NCBI RefSeq assembly: GCF_001564455.1
Contig: NZ_CP011391.1
Coordinates: 660,001 to 692,000, forward strand
Reading direction: 5' to 3'
Source: Faecalibaculum rodentium
Lineage (GTDB): Bacteria; Bacillota_I; Bacilli_A; Erysipelotrichales; Erysipelotrichaceae
DNA: 32,000 nucleotides
Shown here: piece by piece, positions 15,802 to 24,420 of the stretch
Layout: each line of letters starts with the position of its first letter
Position numbering within the stretch: the first letter of the stretch is position 1
The notes under the pieces: model-generated
What the model saw: the letters and a program-made list of their open reading frames with translations, nothing else
Databases searched by the model: none
Told to the model about the DNA's origin: nothing
Translations under genes and position numbers: made by a program

Positions 15802-15963
15802 AATGATCCCTCCTTGTTTCTTTCATTGTAGAAGCCATGCGGGGGCAGGGCGAACAGGATGACCTGTGCAGATGTTTCCAGAGGCCTGAAGGGTGCATTG
15901 TGTGATGTGTATCCGACAGACAGGAAGCCTGATTTCATCCAGGTTCATGCCTGGAGCCGGCGG

Positions 15964-15990
15964 TTCGGATATGGTGAAGTATGATACTAT
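15964..15990 (+). promoter_or_regulatory. Candidate extended -10 promoter for pfkA-pyk
   Basis: TTCGGA (15964-15969), then TGaTACTAT with -10 TACTAT at 15985-15990. Confidence 0.3.
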
Positions 15991-16037
15991 ACAGGTGATA
16001 TGAACGATGGGAAACAGAGGTTTCCAAAGGAGGATCT

Positions 16038-17000
16038 ATGATCAAGCGAATCGGAATCCTTACATCCGGAGGCGACTCCCCCGGAATGAACGCTGCCATC
16101 CGCGCCGTGACCAGAGTCGGCATCAACAGCGGTCTTGAAGTCTTCGGCATCTACAACGGATACAAAGGCATGGTTGAGGGATATATCGAACCGCTTACAA
16201 AGGAAAGTGTGAGCGACATTGTCAACCGCGGCGGCACCATTCTCGGGTCTGCCCGCCTGCCTGAATTCAAGGACGAAGACGTGCGGAAGAAAGCCGTGAA
16301 GCAGCTGCAGAAGCGGGGAATCGAGGCAGTCGTGGTCATTGGCGGCGACGGTTCTTACCGCGGTGCACTGGAACTGACCCACATGGGAATCAACTGCATC
16401 GGCCTGCCGGGAACGATTGACAATGATATTACCTGCACAGATTACACAATCGGCTTCCAGACAGCGCTGGAAACGATTGTAGATGCCGTAGACAAACTGA
16501 AAGATACATCCAACTCACATCACCGCTGCTCCATTGTGGAGGTGATGGGAAACCGCTGCGGCGACCTGGCTCTGTGGTCCGGAATTGCAACCGGCGCGGA
16601 AATCATCGTCACGAGCGAGACTGGATTTGACGAGCAGGAAATCCTCGACAGACTTCGGGACTTAGACTTGATTCGCAAGAAAAAGCATGCGATTATCGTC
16701 ATCAGTGAGAAGATCACTGATGTCCATCAGCTTGCCAAGAAAATCTCCCTGAACACCGGGTTCTCCGGCAGGGCAACGGTGCTCGGTCACATTCAGCGCG
16801 GCGGCTCGCCGTGCCCCTTCGACCGTATGCTCGCAAGCCAGATGGGAGAAAAGGCCGTGGACCTGCTCATGCAGGGCATTGGCGGCCAGTGTGTGTCAAT
16901 CAGGGAAAACGTTGTGCAGGCATTCCCCATCGAGAAGGCCCTGTGCATGCCGGCTGAGAGCCGAAAGCCGCTGACAAACCTGTTTGAACGGCTGGGTTAG
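16038..17000 (+). CDS. pfkA: ATP-dependent 6-phosphofructokinase
   Basis: MIKRIGILTSGGDSPGMNAAIRAV..., GGDGSY, PGTIDND. RBS AAAGGAGGA. Confidence 0.95.
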   Translation: MIKRIGILTSGGDSPGMNAAIRAVTRVGINSGLEVFGIYNGYKGMVEGYIEPLTKESVSDIVNRGGTILGSARLPEFKDEDVRKKAVKQLQKRGIEAVVVIGGDGSYRGALELTHMGINCIGLPGTIDNDITCTDYTIGFQTALETIVDAVDKLKDTSNSHHRCSIVEVMGNRCGDLALWSGIATGAEIIVTSETGFDEQEILDRLRDLDLIRKKKHAIIVISEKITDVHQLAKKISLNTGFSGRATVLGHIQRGGSPCPFDRMLASQMGEKAVDLLMQGIGGQCVSIRENVVQAFPIEKALCMPAESRKPLTNLFERLG

Positions 17001-17046
17001 GAAACAAAAGTTTTATATAAGGGAATCGAAGGAAGGAAGAGGTTTT

Positions 17047-18462
17047 ATGGAAAAGAAAACGAAGATCGTCTGCACGATCGGACCTGCCAGTGAAAATCCT
17101 GAAATGATCAAAAAGCTGGTCAATGAAGGAATGAACATTGCCCGTCTGAACTTCTCTCACGGAAGCTATGAAGAACAGGGCGCCCGCGTCAAGATGGTAC
17201 GCGATGTTTCCAAGGAACTGAAGAAGCCCATCGGCATCCTGCTGGATACCAAGGGTCCGGAAATCCGCCTGGGAAACTTTGAAAACGGCGGCGTGGACTT
17301 TTCCGAGGGCGACAAAGTCACCATCGTGAATGAAGACGTCCTGGGTACGCGGGAAAAATTCCAGATCCGGTGCCCGGAACTGTTCAACGACGTGAAGGCC
17401 GGCGACTATATCCTGATGGATGACGGCAAGATGCGCGTGGATATCACGGATGTCGTGCCCGGCAAGGAAATTCTCGGCGTGGTGGCCAACCCCCACTTCC
17501 TGAAATCCAACAAGGGCTGCAATGTGCCCGGTGTCATTCTGTCCATGCCCTTCATCTCTCCCAAGGATGAGGCGGATATCCGGTTTGGTGCCCAGAATGA
17601 TGTGGACTATATAGCCGCATCCTTCGTACGCCGCCGGGAGGATGTGCTGGCAATCCGGAAGATCCTGATCGATGAAGGCAAGGACCGGATCCAGATCATT
17701 CCGAAGATCGAGAACCAGGAAGGCTTTGACAACCTGCGCGACATTCTGGAGGTTTCCGACGGTGTCATGGTGGCCCGTGGTGACCTGGGTGTGAACGTAT
17801 CCCTGGAATATGTGCCCATCTACCAGAAGCAGATGATCAAGATTGCCAATGAAATGGGCAAGCCGGTCATCACAGCGACACACATGCTGGAAAGCATGCA
17901 GGGCAACCCCCGGCCGACACGTGCCGAGGCGAGCGACGTGGCCAATGCCATCATGGACGGCACGGATGCGATCATGACCTCCGGTGAAACCGCTGCAGGT
18001 CTGTATCCGGCGGAATCCATCCACACGATGACCAAGATTGCCAACGCCATCGAGCCCATGATTCCCTACAAGGACATCCTGAAGAACTCCATCAAGACCA
18101 GTGCGCGGACCAACAACGATGCCATCGCCATTTCTGTTGCCGACACAGCACTGAACCTGGACATCAAGGCGATTGTCTGCTTCACGCAGTCCGGAAACTC
18201 CGCCAAGCGTCTGGCGAAGTTCCGTCCGGAAGCACCGATCATTGCGGTTTGTTTCGACGAAGTCACACAGCGGTCCCTGCTGCCGACCTTCGGCGTATTC
18301 CCCTATGTATCCGAGATCCAGAACACACCGGAAAACGATGTAAACCTGGCAAAGACCATTGCCCAGGGCTACGGCTTCAACAAAGGCGACCAGATCGTCG
18401 TTGTGGCCGGCTATCCGGTAGGCTCCGGTTCCACCAACATGATGCGGATCGTGGAGATCTAG
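17047..18462 (+). CDS. pyk: Pyruvate kinase
   Basis: MEKKTKIVCTIGPAS..., NFSHG, MVARGDLG. Start at ATG 17047 with GGAAGAGG upstream; the ORF extension from 16984 is not homologous. Confidence 0.95.
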   Translation: MEKKTKIVCTIGPASENPEMIKKLVNEGMNIARLNFSHGSYEEQGARVKMVRDVSKELKKPIGILLDTKGPEIRLGNFENGGVDFSEGDKVTIVNEDVLGTREKFQIRCPELFNDVKAGDYILMDDGKMRVDITDVVPGKEILGVVANPHFLKSNKGCNVPGVILSMPFISPKDEADIRFGAQNDVDYIAASFVRRREDVLAIRKILIDEGKDRIQIIPKIENQEGFDNLRDILEVSDGVMVARGDLGVNVSLEYVPIYQKQMIKIANEMGKPVITATHMLESMQGNPRPTRAEASDVANAIMDGTDAIMTSGETAAGLYPAESIHTMTKIANAIEPMIPYKDILKNSIKTSARTNNDAIAISVADTALNLDIKAIVCFTQSGNSAKRLAKFRPEAPIIAVCFDEVTQRSLLPTFGVFPYVSEIQNTPENDVNLAKTIAQGYGFNKGDQIVVVAGYPVGSGSTNMMRIVEI

Positions 18463-18487
18463 CCAGATAGAACCCGACTATGACAAA

Positions 18488-18517
18488 GGGGCATTCCCTT
18501 GCGGAGTGCCGCTTTTG
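18488..18517 (+). terminator. Rho-independent terminator after pyk
   Basis: GGCATTCC-cttgc-GGAGTGCC followed by GCTTTTGTGTG. Confidence 0.7.
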
Positions 18518-18652
18518 TGTGCATGGCATGACAGAATGTCTGCTGTCGGGTGATGCAGCGGGGCCCTGTCCTGCGGTGTTCTTTCCGTCTGTTCTCTGGT
18601 ACACTATCCCATGACCATTCCTGCACAGGAGAACACAAAGGAGGGGGAAATC

Positions 18653-19180
18653 ATGGTAAAGGCAAGCAGGGTGATGAATGTCCCCGCACAGGCCCTGTTC
18701 GATATGCTCATCGAGAGCGTCATCTACGATATCAAGCAGAGCACCGGCAAGACAGTGCGGCCGGCGAACTTCAAAAAAGGCACCAACTACCGCAAGCGGA
18801 TCAAGACCAATGCCAAGGGCCAGAAGGGTGTCTCGGTGAAGGTCACAGTAACGGAGCTGGAGCCTCCCCGGATCTATGAGGCGAAATTTGAAGGCGGCAA
18901 TGACAGCTATACGGTGATCCGGTATGAAATCGAGCAGCTGAGCGAAGAAGGGGACCAGGATGGAGATTACATCCGGGTAACGTACACCGAGGACTACAAC
19001 GATGTGTCCAAAATGGCGAAACCGGTCCGCGGGTTCCAGAAGCTGATTGCAAAAAACAACTTCAAGCGGACGCTGAAGGGCATGGAAGAGTCCGTGAAGG
19101 AAAACATGAAGCTCAAGGAAGAGCGGGCGGCCGAAAAAGAGAATGCAAAAAATGGAGACAGTTCCTCAGACGGGGAATAG
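18653..19180 (+). CDS. DUF3284-like protein with an acidic/charged C-terminal tail, function unknown
   Basis: MVKASRVMNVPAQALFDMLIESVIYDIKQ resembles DUF3284. Strong RBS AAGGAGGGGG 5 nt upstream of ATG 18653. Confidence 0.6.
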   Translation: MVKASRVMNVPAQALFDMLIESVIYDIKQSTGKTVRPANFKKGTNYRKRIKTNAKGQKGVSVKVTVTELEPPRIYEAKFEGGNDSYTVIRYEIEQLSEEGDQDGDYIRVTYTEDYNDVSKMAKPVRGFQKLIAKNNFKRTLKGMEESVKENMKLKEERAAEKENAKNGDSSSDGE

Positions 19181-19200
19181 TCTCCATTTTTTTGCATTCA
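19141..19200. terminator. Bidirectional terminator shared by the DUF3284-like gene and the convergent ABC operon
   Basis: Long inverted repeat GAATGCAAAAAATGGAGAC ... GTCTCCATTTTTTTGCATTC, with A/T runs on both sides. Confidence 0.7.
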
Positions 19201-19331
19201 CATCCAGACGGGAAAGACGGACGATCGCAGGCAGCCATCATCGGCTGTCACATAACCTCACCGTGAAAACTTGCCACGATCGGCATCAACCCGCACTGCC
19301 ACGATCTCATTTGGCGGCGAGTATCCGTATC

Positions 19332-22300
19332 CTACTCAACGGCTTTCAGGGATTCCACCATTTCCACTTTCCGCAGGCGGAAGCGCATCACGAAATTGAC
19401 CAGGAGTGCGAACAGTACCGTCAGGCCGAAGGCGAAGAGATAGGAGAGCGGGGAGATGATCCGTCCGAACATCACGTCATCCAGTTCGGCCAGGTTCATG
19501 ATCAGCCGGTGCAGCCAGATCCCCAGAATCAGTCCGGTCCCGCCGCCGATCATGGCGAGAATCAGCGATTCGCGGTTCACATAGGCATCCACCTCCCGCT
19601 CGGTATACCCCAGGACCTTGATCGTGGCGATTTCCCGCATGCGTTCGGAGATGTTCACATTCGCAAGATTGTACAGCACCACGAAAGCCAGCATGGCAGC
19701 GGAAATCACCAGGACCACGACCACCATTTTGATGGATCCGATCATGTCCAGGAAATTCTGCTGGAGCTTTGAGTAGAAGGAAACAGACCGCACGTCGTCC
19801 AGCAGCATGATATTGCCCCCCAGAGCCTCTTCAAAGTCATCCGACTGATCGGATGTCTTCAGCAGATAGACATCCTGCGGCTGTTCCGCCACATGCCAGT
19901 CGTCAAAGGTTTTCTGCGATACATAAACCTGGTGTCCCACGTACTGTGAGAAGACATCTGCGACTGTGGTTTCCAGCTTCTGGTCATCGGCTGTCTCCAG
20001 GGTCAGTTTCGACCCGGCTTTCAGCCCCAGTTTTTCCGCCATTTTCTGCGACACCAGAGCGCCTTCTTCCGGAACGGTGAGCGGCTCTTTGTCGAGGCTG
20101 TCCAGATGCACGAAGTCAGTGAGTTTCTTCCCCTGTGTTCCATCAGGAATGATGTGCAGGGTCGCTGCCGCCTTATTGCCATCCATGTCCAGCGTCACGG
20201 GCAGATCCTGCTCCTCGTAGACTCCCGTCACGCCTTCCAGTTTCTTCAGCGGATCAGACAGGGCATCGTTGTCTGCTGTCACCGCCGCATCATACTGGTA
20301 AATGGCGCCAAACTGCTCCGATACAATGCTGGAAATCGAGTCGTTGATCCCGAATCCCGCCACCAGGAGGGCACTGCAGCCCGAAATGCCAATGACGGTC
20401 ATGAAGAACCGCTTCTTGTACCGGAAAATGTTGCGCAGGGTGACTTTGTGCAGGAACGGGATCCGCTGCCAGATAGCCGGCACTTTCTCCAGCAGGATCT
20501 GTTTTCCTGCCACACCGGCTTTGGGCCGCATGAGCTGGCTGGGGACTTCCCGGAGCTCCCGGCCGATGGAAAACAGCGTGGTGACAAGGATCACCAGCGT
20601 CACACTGCCGGAGGCCAGGAGCATGAGTCCGGGCTGCCAGACGGTTTTGATGGTGTCAATGGTGTACATGGTGTTCCAGGCATAGAAGATGATGCAGGGG
20701 AACACCACCATGCCCACGGCGCAGCCCAGAATGGACCCCAGGATGGACGCGAGCAGGGAATACAGGATGTATTTCATGGCGATCTGCCACCAGGCATAGC
20801 CCAGGGCCTTGAGTGTGCCGATGGTGCTGCGCTGTTCGTCCACCATGCGGGTCATGGTTGTCATGCAGACCAGGGCTGCTACCAGGAAAAAGAACACCGG
20901 GAACACCGAGGCGATGCCATCCATGCGGTCGGCACAGGACTGATAGTCGCGATAGGAGTAGAACGAGTTGCGGTCCAGCACGATCCACTGCGGCTCCAGC
21001 TCATCAAGTTCCTTCTGTGCATCTTCGATCTTTTTCTGGCCCTTTTCGGTTTCTTCCTTCAGCTTTTTCTCCCCGTCTGCCAGCTCTGCCTTTGCTTTCG
21101 TGAGATCCCTGCGGCCCTGTTCAAGCTTCGCCTGCCCTGACTCGTACTGCCTTTCGTGGATGTTGAGCTCGTTCCGGGAAGTCTCCAGCTGGCTGCGGGA
21201 GGCATCGATCTGTGTCTGGGCGGCTTCCAGTTCCGGGAGCCGGGCTTCGGCTGCTCGAATCTGTGCCAGGCCGTCACTGACCTGCTTCTGCTTCGCGTTG
21301 AGATCCGCAATGGCTGCATCCGCTTCCTCCAGTCCGGCCTGTGCCGTCTGTTTCTGTGCTTCCAGCTGTGTTTTCTGCGCCTGCAGGTCTGCCGCTGTGT
21401 CCAGGGCGCCCTGCACCTGCGCAAGGGATGCCTGCAACTGCGCAAGCTGTGCTTTCATGGCCTGGGCAGCTTCCGGGTCAGTGCCTTCCACCGCTTCGAT
21501 CTGGGTCTGTAGCGAGGCAATGCCGGTCTCCAGCTGCTGCTTCTGTGCTGCCAGCGCCGCTGTATCGATCTGCGCCAGCCCGGCATCGATCCGGGTGAGC
21601 CCTGCATTGATCTGGTCCAGCCCGGCCTGTGCCTGGTCCCGGCCTGTCTGTGCCTGTGTCAGTCCATCCCGGATCTGTGCCTGTGCCTGTTCGAGAGACG
21701 CCTTCTGTGCCTGCGCCTGGCGGATCTGGGCAAGACCGCTGCTGACCTGCTGCTGCGATCTGTCCAGCTGTGCCTGCCCCTGGTTCAGCTGCGCCCACCC
21801 GGCATCCAGCTGTGACCGGGAATCCGTCAGCGTTTTTTCGCTGTCTGCGATTTCAGCCTCGCCATCCCGGATCTGCTGTCGGGCATCCGCCAGCTGTTTT
21901 TCGCCCTTTTCCGTCTCTTCCTTCAGCTGCTGCCGGGCATCTGTCAGTTCCTGCCTCGGATCCTTCAACCGGGCCTCGATCCTGGCATCCGCGATGGCCT
22001 CCAGCTTTTTCACCACCGGATCCGTCACATCGAAATAGGCATCCGAGTAGGCGTCCAGCTCCCTGGCGCCGCTCACCGTCACATCCGCTTCCGTATAGTA
22101 GCCGGATTTCACGGCTGCTTCCGGCACAAACAGGAATCCGTCCACAGACCCCGAGCCGATGGCGGAAGTTCCTTTCTCGAAACTCAGGTACCGGGGCGTG
22201 AACCCTGTGCCAACAACGGTGTATTCTTCATGCTTCAGCGTATCCGACAGGGGATCCTTCGTGCCGGATTCGATGCGCACCTTGTCGCCGATTGCAAAGG

Positions 22301-22736
22301 TGCCCTTCAGGCCGCTTTCCATGCTGCCGCCTTCGATCAGGCACTCATCCGGTTTTTCCGGCAGCCGTCCCTCCTCCACCCGGATCAGGTTCATCTCCGG
22401 GTTTTCCGGCAGGGAAAACAGCTTCCATACCTGTTCTGACTTGTCGATCCGGACCAGGACATCCTGGTTGTACAGTCCCTGCACCGACTCGGCGCCGGGA
22501 ACTTCACGCATGGCATCCAGATCTTGCCGGTCCAGTCCCAGGGTGGAGAAGACCTGGATGTCCTGCAGGCCATAGCGGTCGAAGTAGTCATCTGCACTGG
22601 CCTTCATATCCGGCGGACTGGCCTTGACCCCTGCAAAAAAGGCCACGCCCAGGGCCACAATCAGGAGGATGGAAAGAAACCGCCCCAGAGAGCGGCGGAT
22701 CTCCACCAGTGTTTCCTTCAGCAGTACCGGCGGCAT
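19332..22736 (-). CDS. ABC transporter permease, duplicated FtsX/MacB-type, with a very long extracytoplasmic coiled-coil insertion
   Basis: 1134 aa. An N-terminal TM is followed by a large external domain and a first FtsX TM bundle. A second TM, external domain and FtsX bundle follow (REIATIKVLGY). Residues ~240-585 are Q/A/E/K-rich heptad sequence. Confidence 0.9.
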   Translation of the reverse strand: MPPVLLKETLVEIRRSLGRFLSILLIVALGVAFFAGVKASPPDMKASADDYFDRYGLQDIQVFSTLGLDRQDLDAMREVPGAESVQGLYNQDVLVRIDKSEQVWKLFSLPENPEMNLIRVEEGRLPEKPDECLIEGGSMESGLKGTFAIGDKVRIESGTKDPLSDTLKHEEYTVVGTGFTPRYLSFEKGTSAIGSGSVDGFLFVPEAAVKSGYYTEADVTVSGARELDAYSDAYFDVTDPVVKKLEAIADARIEARLKDPRQELTDARQQLKEETEKGEKQLADARQQIRDGEAEIADSEKTLTDSRSQLDAGWAQLNQGQAQLDRSQQQVSSGLAQIRQAQAQKASLEQAQAQIRDGLTQAQTGRDQAQAGLDQINAGLTRIDAGLAQIDTAALAAQKQQLETGIASLQTQIEAVEGTDPEAAQAMKAQLAQLQASLAQVQGALDTAADLQAQKTQLEAQKQTAQAGLEEADAAIADLNAKQKQVSDGLAQIRAAEARLPELEAAQTQIDASRSQLETSRNELNIHERQYESGQAKLEQGRRDLTKAKAELADGEKKLKEETEKGQKKIEDAQKELDELEPQWIVLDRNSFYSYRDYQSCADRMDGIASVFPVFFFLVAALVCMTTMTRMVDEQRSTIGTLKALGYAWWQIAMKYILYSLLASILGSILGCAVGMVVFPCIIFYAWNTMYTIDTIKTVWQPGLMLLASGSVTLVILVTTLFSIGRELREVPSQLMRPKAGVAGKQILLEKVPAIWQRIPFLHKVTLRNIFRYKKRFFMTVIGISGCSALLVAGFGINDSISSIVSEQFGAIYQYDAAVTADNDALSDPLKKLEGVTGVYEEQDLPVTLDMDGNKAAATLHIIPDGTQGKKLTDFVHLDSLDKEPLTVPEEGALVSQKMAEKLGLKAGSKLTLETADDQKLETTVADVFSQYVGHQVYVSQKTFDDWHVAEQPQDVYLLKTSDQSDDFEEALGGNIMLLDDVRSVSFYSKLQQNFLDMIGSIKMVVVVLVISAAMLAFVVLYNLANVNISERMREIATIKVLGYTEREVDAYVNRESLILAMIGGGTGLILGIWLHRLIMNLAELDDVMFGRIISPLSYLFAFGLTVLFALLVNFVMRFRLRKVEMVESLKAVE

Positions 22737-23440
22737 CAGTATTCGATCTCCCGGGCATCCACAGGATGAGGATTCATGGTCACGGACTCGATTTTTCCGG
22801 ATTTCACATGAATGATTTTGTCCCCCATGGGCGCCAGCGCGCTGTTGTGTGTGATCATGACCACGGTTTTGCGGTTGTTCCGGCAGGTATCCTGCAGCAC
22901 CTGCAGCACCTGCTTGCCTGTCTTGTAGTCCAGTGCGCCGGTTGGTTCGTCACAAAGGAGAAGCTTGGGATTTTTCACCAGTGCCCGGGCGATTGCCACT
23001 CGCTGCTGCTCACCGCCGGACAGCTGGCTGGGGAAGTTGGAGGCTCTGTCCGACAGGCCGACTGCCGCAATGGCCTCGTCAATGTCCAGGGGATCCTTCA
23101 CGATCTGGGCCGCCAGTTCCACATTTTCCCGCAGCGTCAGGTTCTGCACCAGGTTGTAGAACTGGAACACGAACCCCACATCGCTGCGGCGATAGAGCGT
23201 CAGCTCCCGGTCATTGCAGGATTCGATGTTCTTTCCATCGACGACGATCTTCCCCGATGTGACGGTATCCATGCCGCCCAAAAGGTTCAGGACCGTGGAT
23301 TTCCCGGCACCGGAGGCACCCAGGATGACCACAAATTCTCCTTCTTCTATGGAAAAGGAGACATCGTCCAGGGCATGGATGGCGACCTCTCCCATTTCGT
23401 ATGTTTTTGAAACGTTTTCAAATTCTATGAAATCCGACAT
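22736..23440 (-). CDS. ABC transporter ATP-binding protein (MacB/LolD-like)
   Basis: Walker [10 protein letters not shown], signature LSGGEQQR, Walker [19 protein letters not shown]. The TGA overlaps the permease ATG by 1 nt (TGATG). Confidence 0.95.
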   Translation of the reverse strand: MSDFIEFENVSKTYEMGEVAIHALDDVSFSIEEGEFVVILGASGAGKSTVLNLLGGMDTVTSGKIVVDGKNIESCNDRELTLYRRSDVGFVFQFYNLVQNLTLRENVELAAQIVKDPLDIDEAIAAVGLSDRASNFPSQLSGGEQQRVAIARALVKNPKLLLCDEPTGALDYKTGKQVLQVLQDTCRNNRKTVVMITHNSALAPMGDKIIHVKSGKIESVTMNPHPVDAREIEY

Positions 23441-23460
23441 TTTCTCACGCTCCTTCTTGT

Positions 23461-23490
23461 ATAGTAACAGCTTTGCCTGTATCGTAACAA
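23461..23490 (-). promoter_or_regulatory. Candidate promoter of the ABC operon
   Basis: On the minus strand: TTGTTA (23490-23485), 18-nt spacer, TGtTACTAT with -10 TACTAT at 23466-23461. Confidence 0.4.
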
Positions 23491-23503
23491 GTTTACCAGT
23501 GGT

Positions 23504-23532
23504 TTGAGCCCGTGAACCAAAAAGACTATCAT
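23504..23532 (+). promoter_or_regulatory. Candidate promoter of the degV pair
   Basis: TTGAGC (23504-23509), 17-nt spacer, TATCAT (23527-23532). Confidence 0.35.
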
Positions 23533-23556
23533 GAAGGTATAAAAGGAGTATCAACT

Positions 23557-24420
23557 ATGAATGTACGAGTAATGACCGACAGTGGTTCCGGACTGACCAA
23601 AGCACAGGCCGAAGCCCTTGGCATGGACTATCTGCCCCTGCAGGTGACTGCTGGCGACAGTACATATCTCGACGGCATCGACCTGACGACAGACCGGCTC
23701 TACGACATGCTGGAGGCAGGCGACATGCCATCAACCAGCCTGCCGCCTCTGGGCATTGTCGAGGAACTGGCGGAAAAATATGAAGAGGAAGGCGTGACGG
23801 ATGTGATGCTCATCACGCTGTCCAATGGCTTGTCCAGCACCAATTCCACCGTGACTGCGGCCTTGAAATCCCACGATATCAACGTCCACACCCTGGATCT
23901 TTACACCACACTGGGCGTGGAGTGGTATGCGGCCCAGGCCGCGGCACAGCTGGCAGCCGCAGGTGTGGCTCCCCAGGAAATCGTGACGCGCATCGCCGAA
24001 GCCATTGAAGACTCCAAAGGGTTCCTGATTCCCGAAGATCTGGATCACCTCGCAAAAGGCGGGCGTCTGACGCCGGTGGCCGCAAAACTGGGCGGCCTGC
24101 TCAAGATCCGCCCGATTCTGGAAGTGTCGAAGGCCTCCGAAGGAAAGGTGGATGTGTGGGACAAAGTCCGCACCACATCCAAGGCCATCAAAAAAGCAGC
24201 GGAACACATCCAGGAATCCCTGACCCCCGGAAAAGACTATGTCTTCTTCGTCCTGGACTCCCGCAATCCGGAAGGCGCAGCCCTGGCTGCAAAGGGCCTG
24301 GAAGAAAACGGGCCGGTGAAGATCCTGGAACAGCCGCTGTGTGCAGTCATTGCCAGCCACACCGGCATGCAGGCCGTGGGGCTGCAGTACATCCCGAAAA
24401 TCGAGGGGGTTGAAGTATGA
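23557..24420 (+). CDS. DegV family fatty-acid-binding protein (FakB-like), copy 1
   Basis: MNVRVMTDSGSGL..., LSSTNS, HLAKGGRL. RBS AAGGAG 8 nt upstream of ATG 23557. Confidence 0.9.
   Translation: MNVRVMTDSGSGLTKAQAEALGMDYLPLQVTAGDSTYLDGIDLTTDRLYDMLEAGDMPSTSLPPLGIVEELAEKYEEEGVTDVMLITLSNGLSSTNSTVTAALKSHDINVHTLDLYTTLGVEWYAAQAAAQLAAAGVAPQEIVTRIAEAIEDSKGFLIPEDLDHLAKGGRLTPVAAKLGGLLKIRPILEVSKASEGKVDVWDKVRTTSKAIKKAAEHIQESLTPGKDYVFFVLDSRNPEGAALAAKGLEENGPVKILEQPLCAVIASHTGMQAVGLQYIPKIEGVEV

Noticed and set aside
16900-18024. 374-aa ORF antisense to pyk
   Set aside because: Shadow ORF; pyk on the + strand is unambiguous.
20106-22038. Two long + strand ORFs (344 and 356 aa) antisense to the coiled-coil part of the ABC permease, one strikingly Ser/Cys/Ala-rich
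   Set aside because: The sense strand codes for repetitive GCx/CAG/GAA codons, so its reverse complement is stop-poor and open by composition alone. There is no RBS, and the ORFs lie fully inside a coherent 1134-aa gene.
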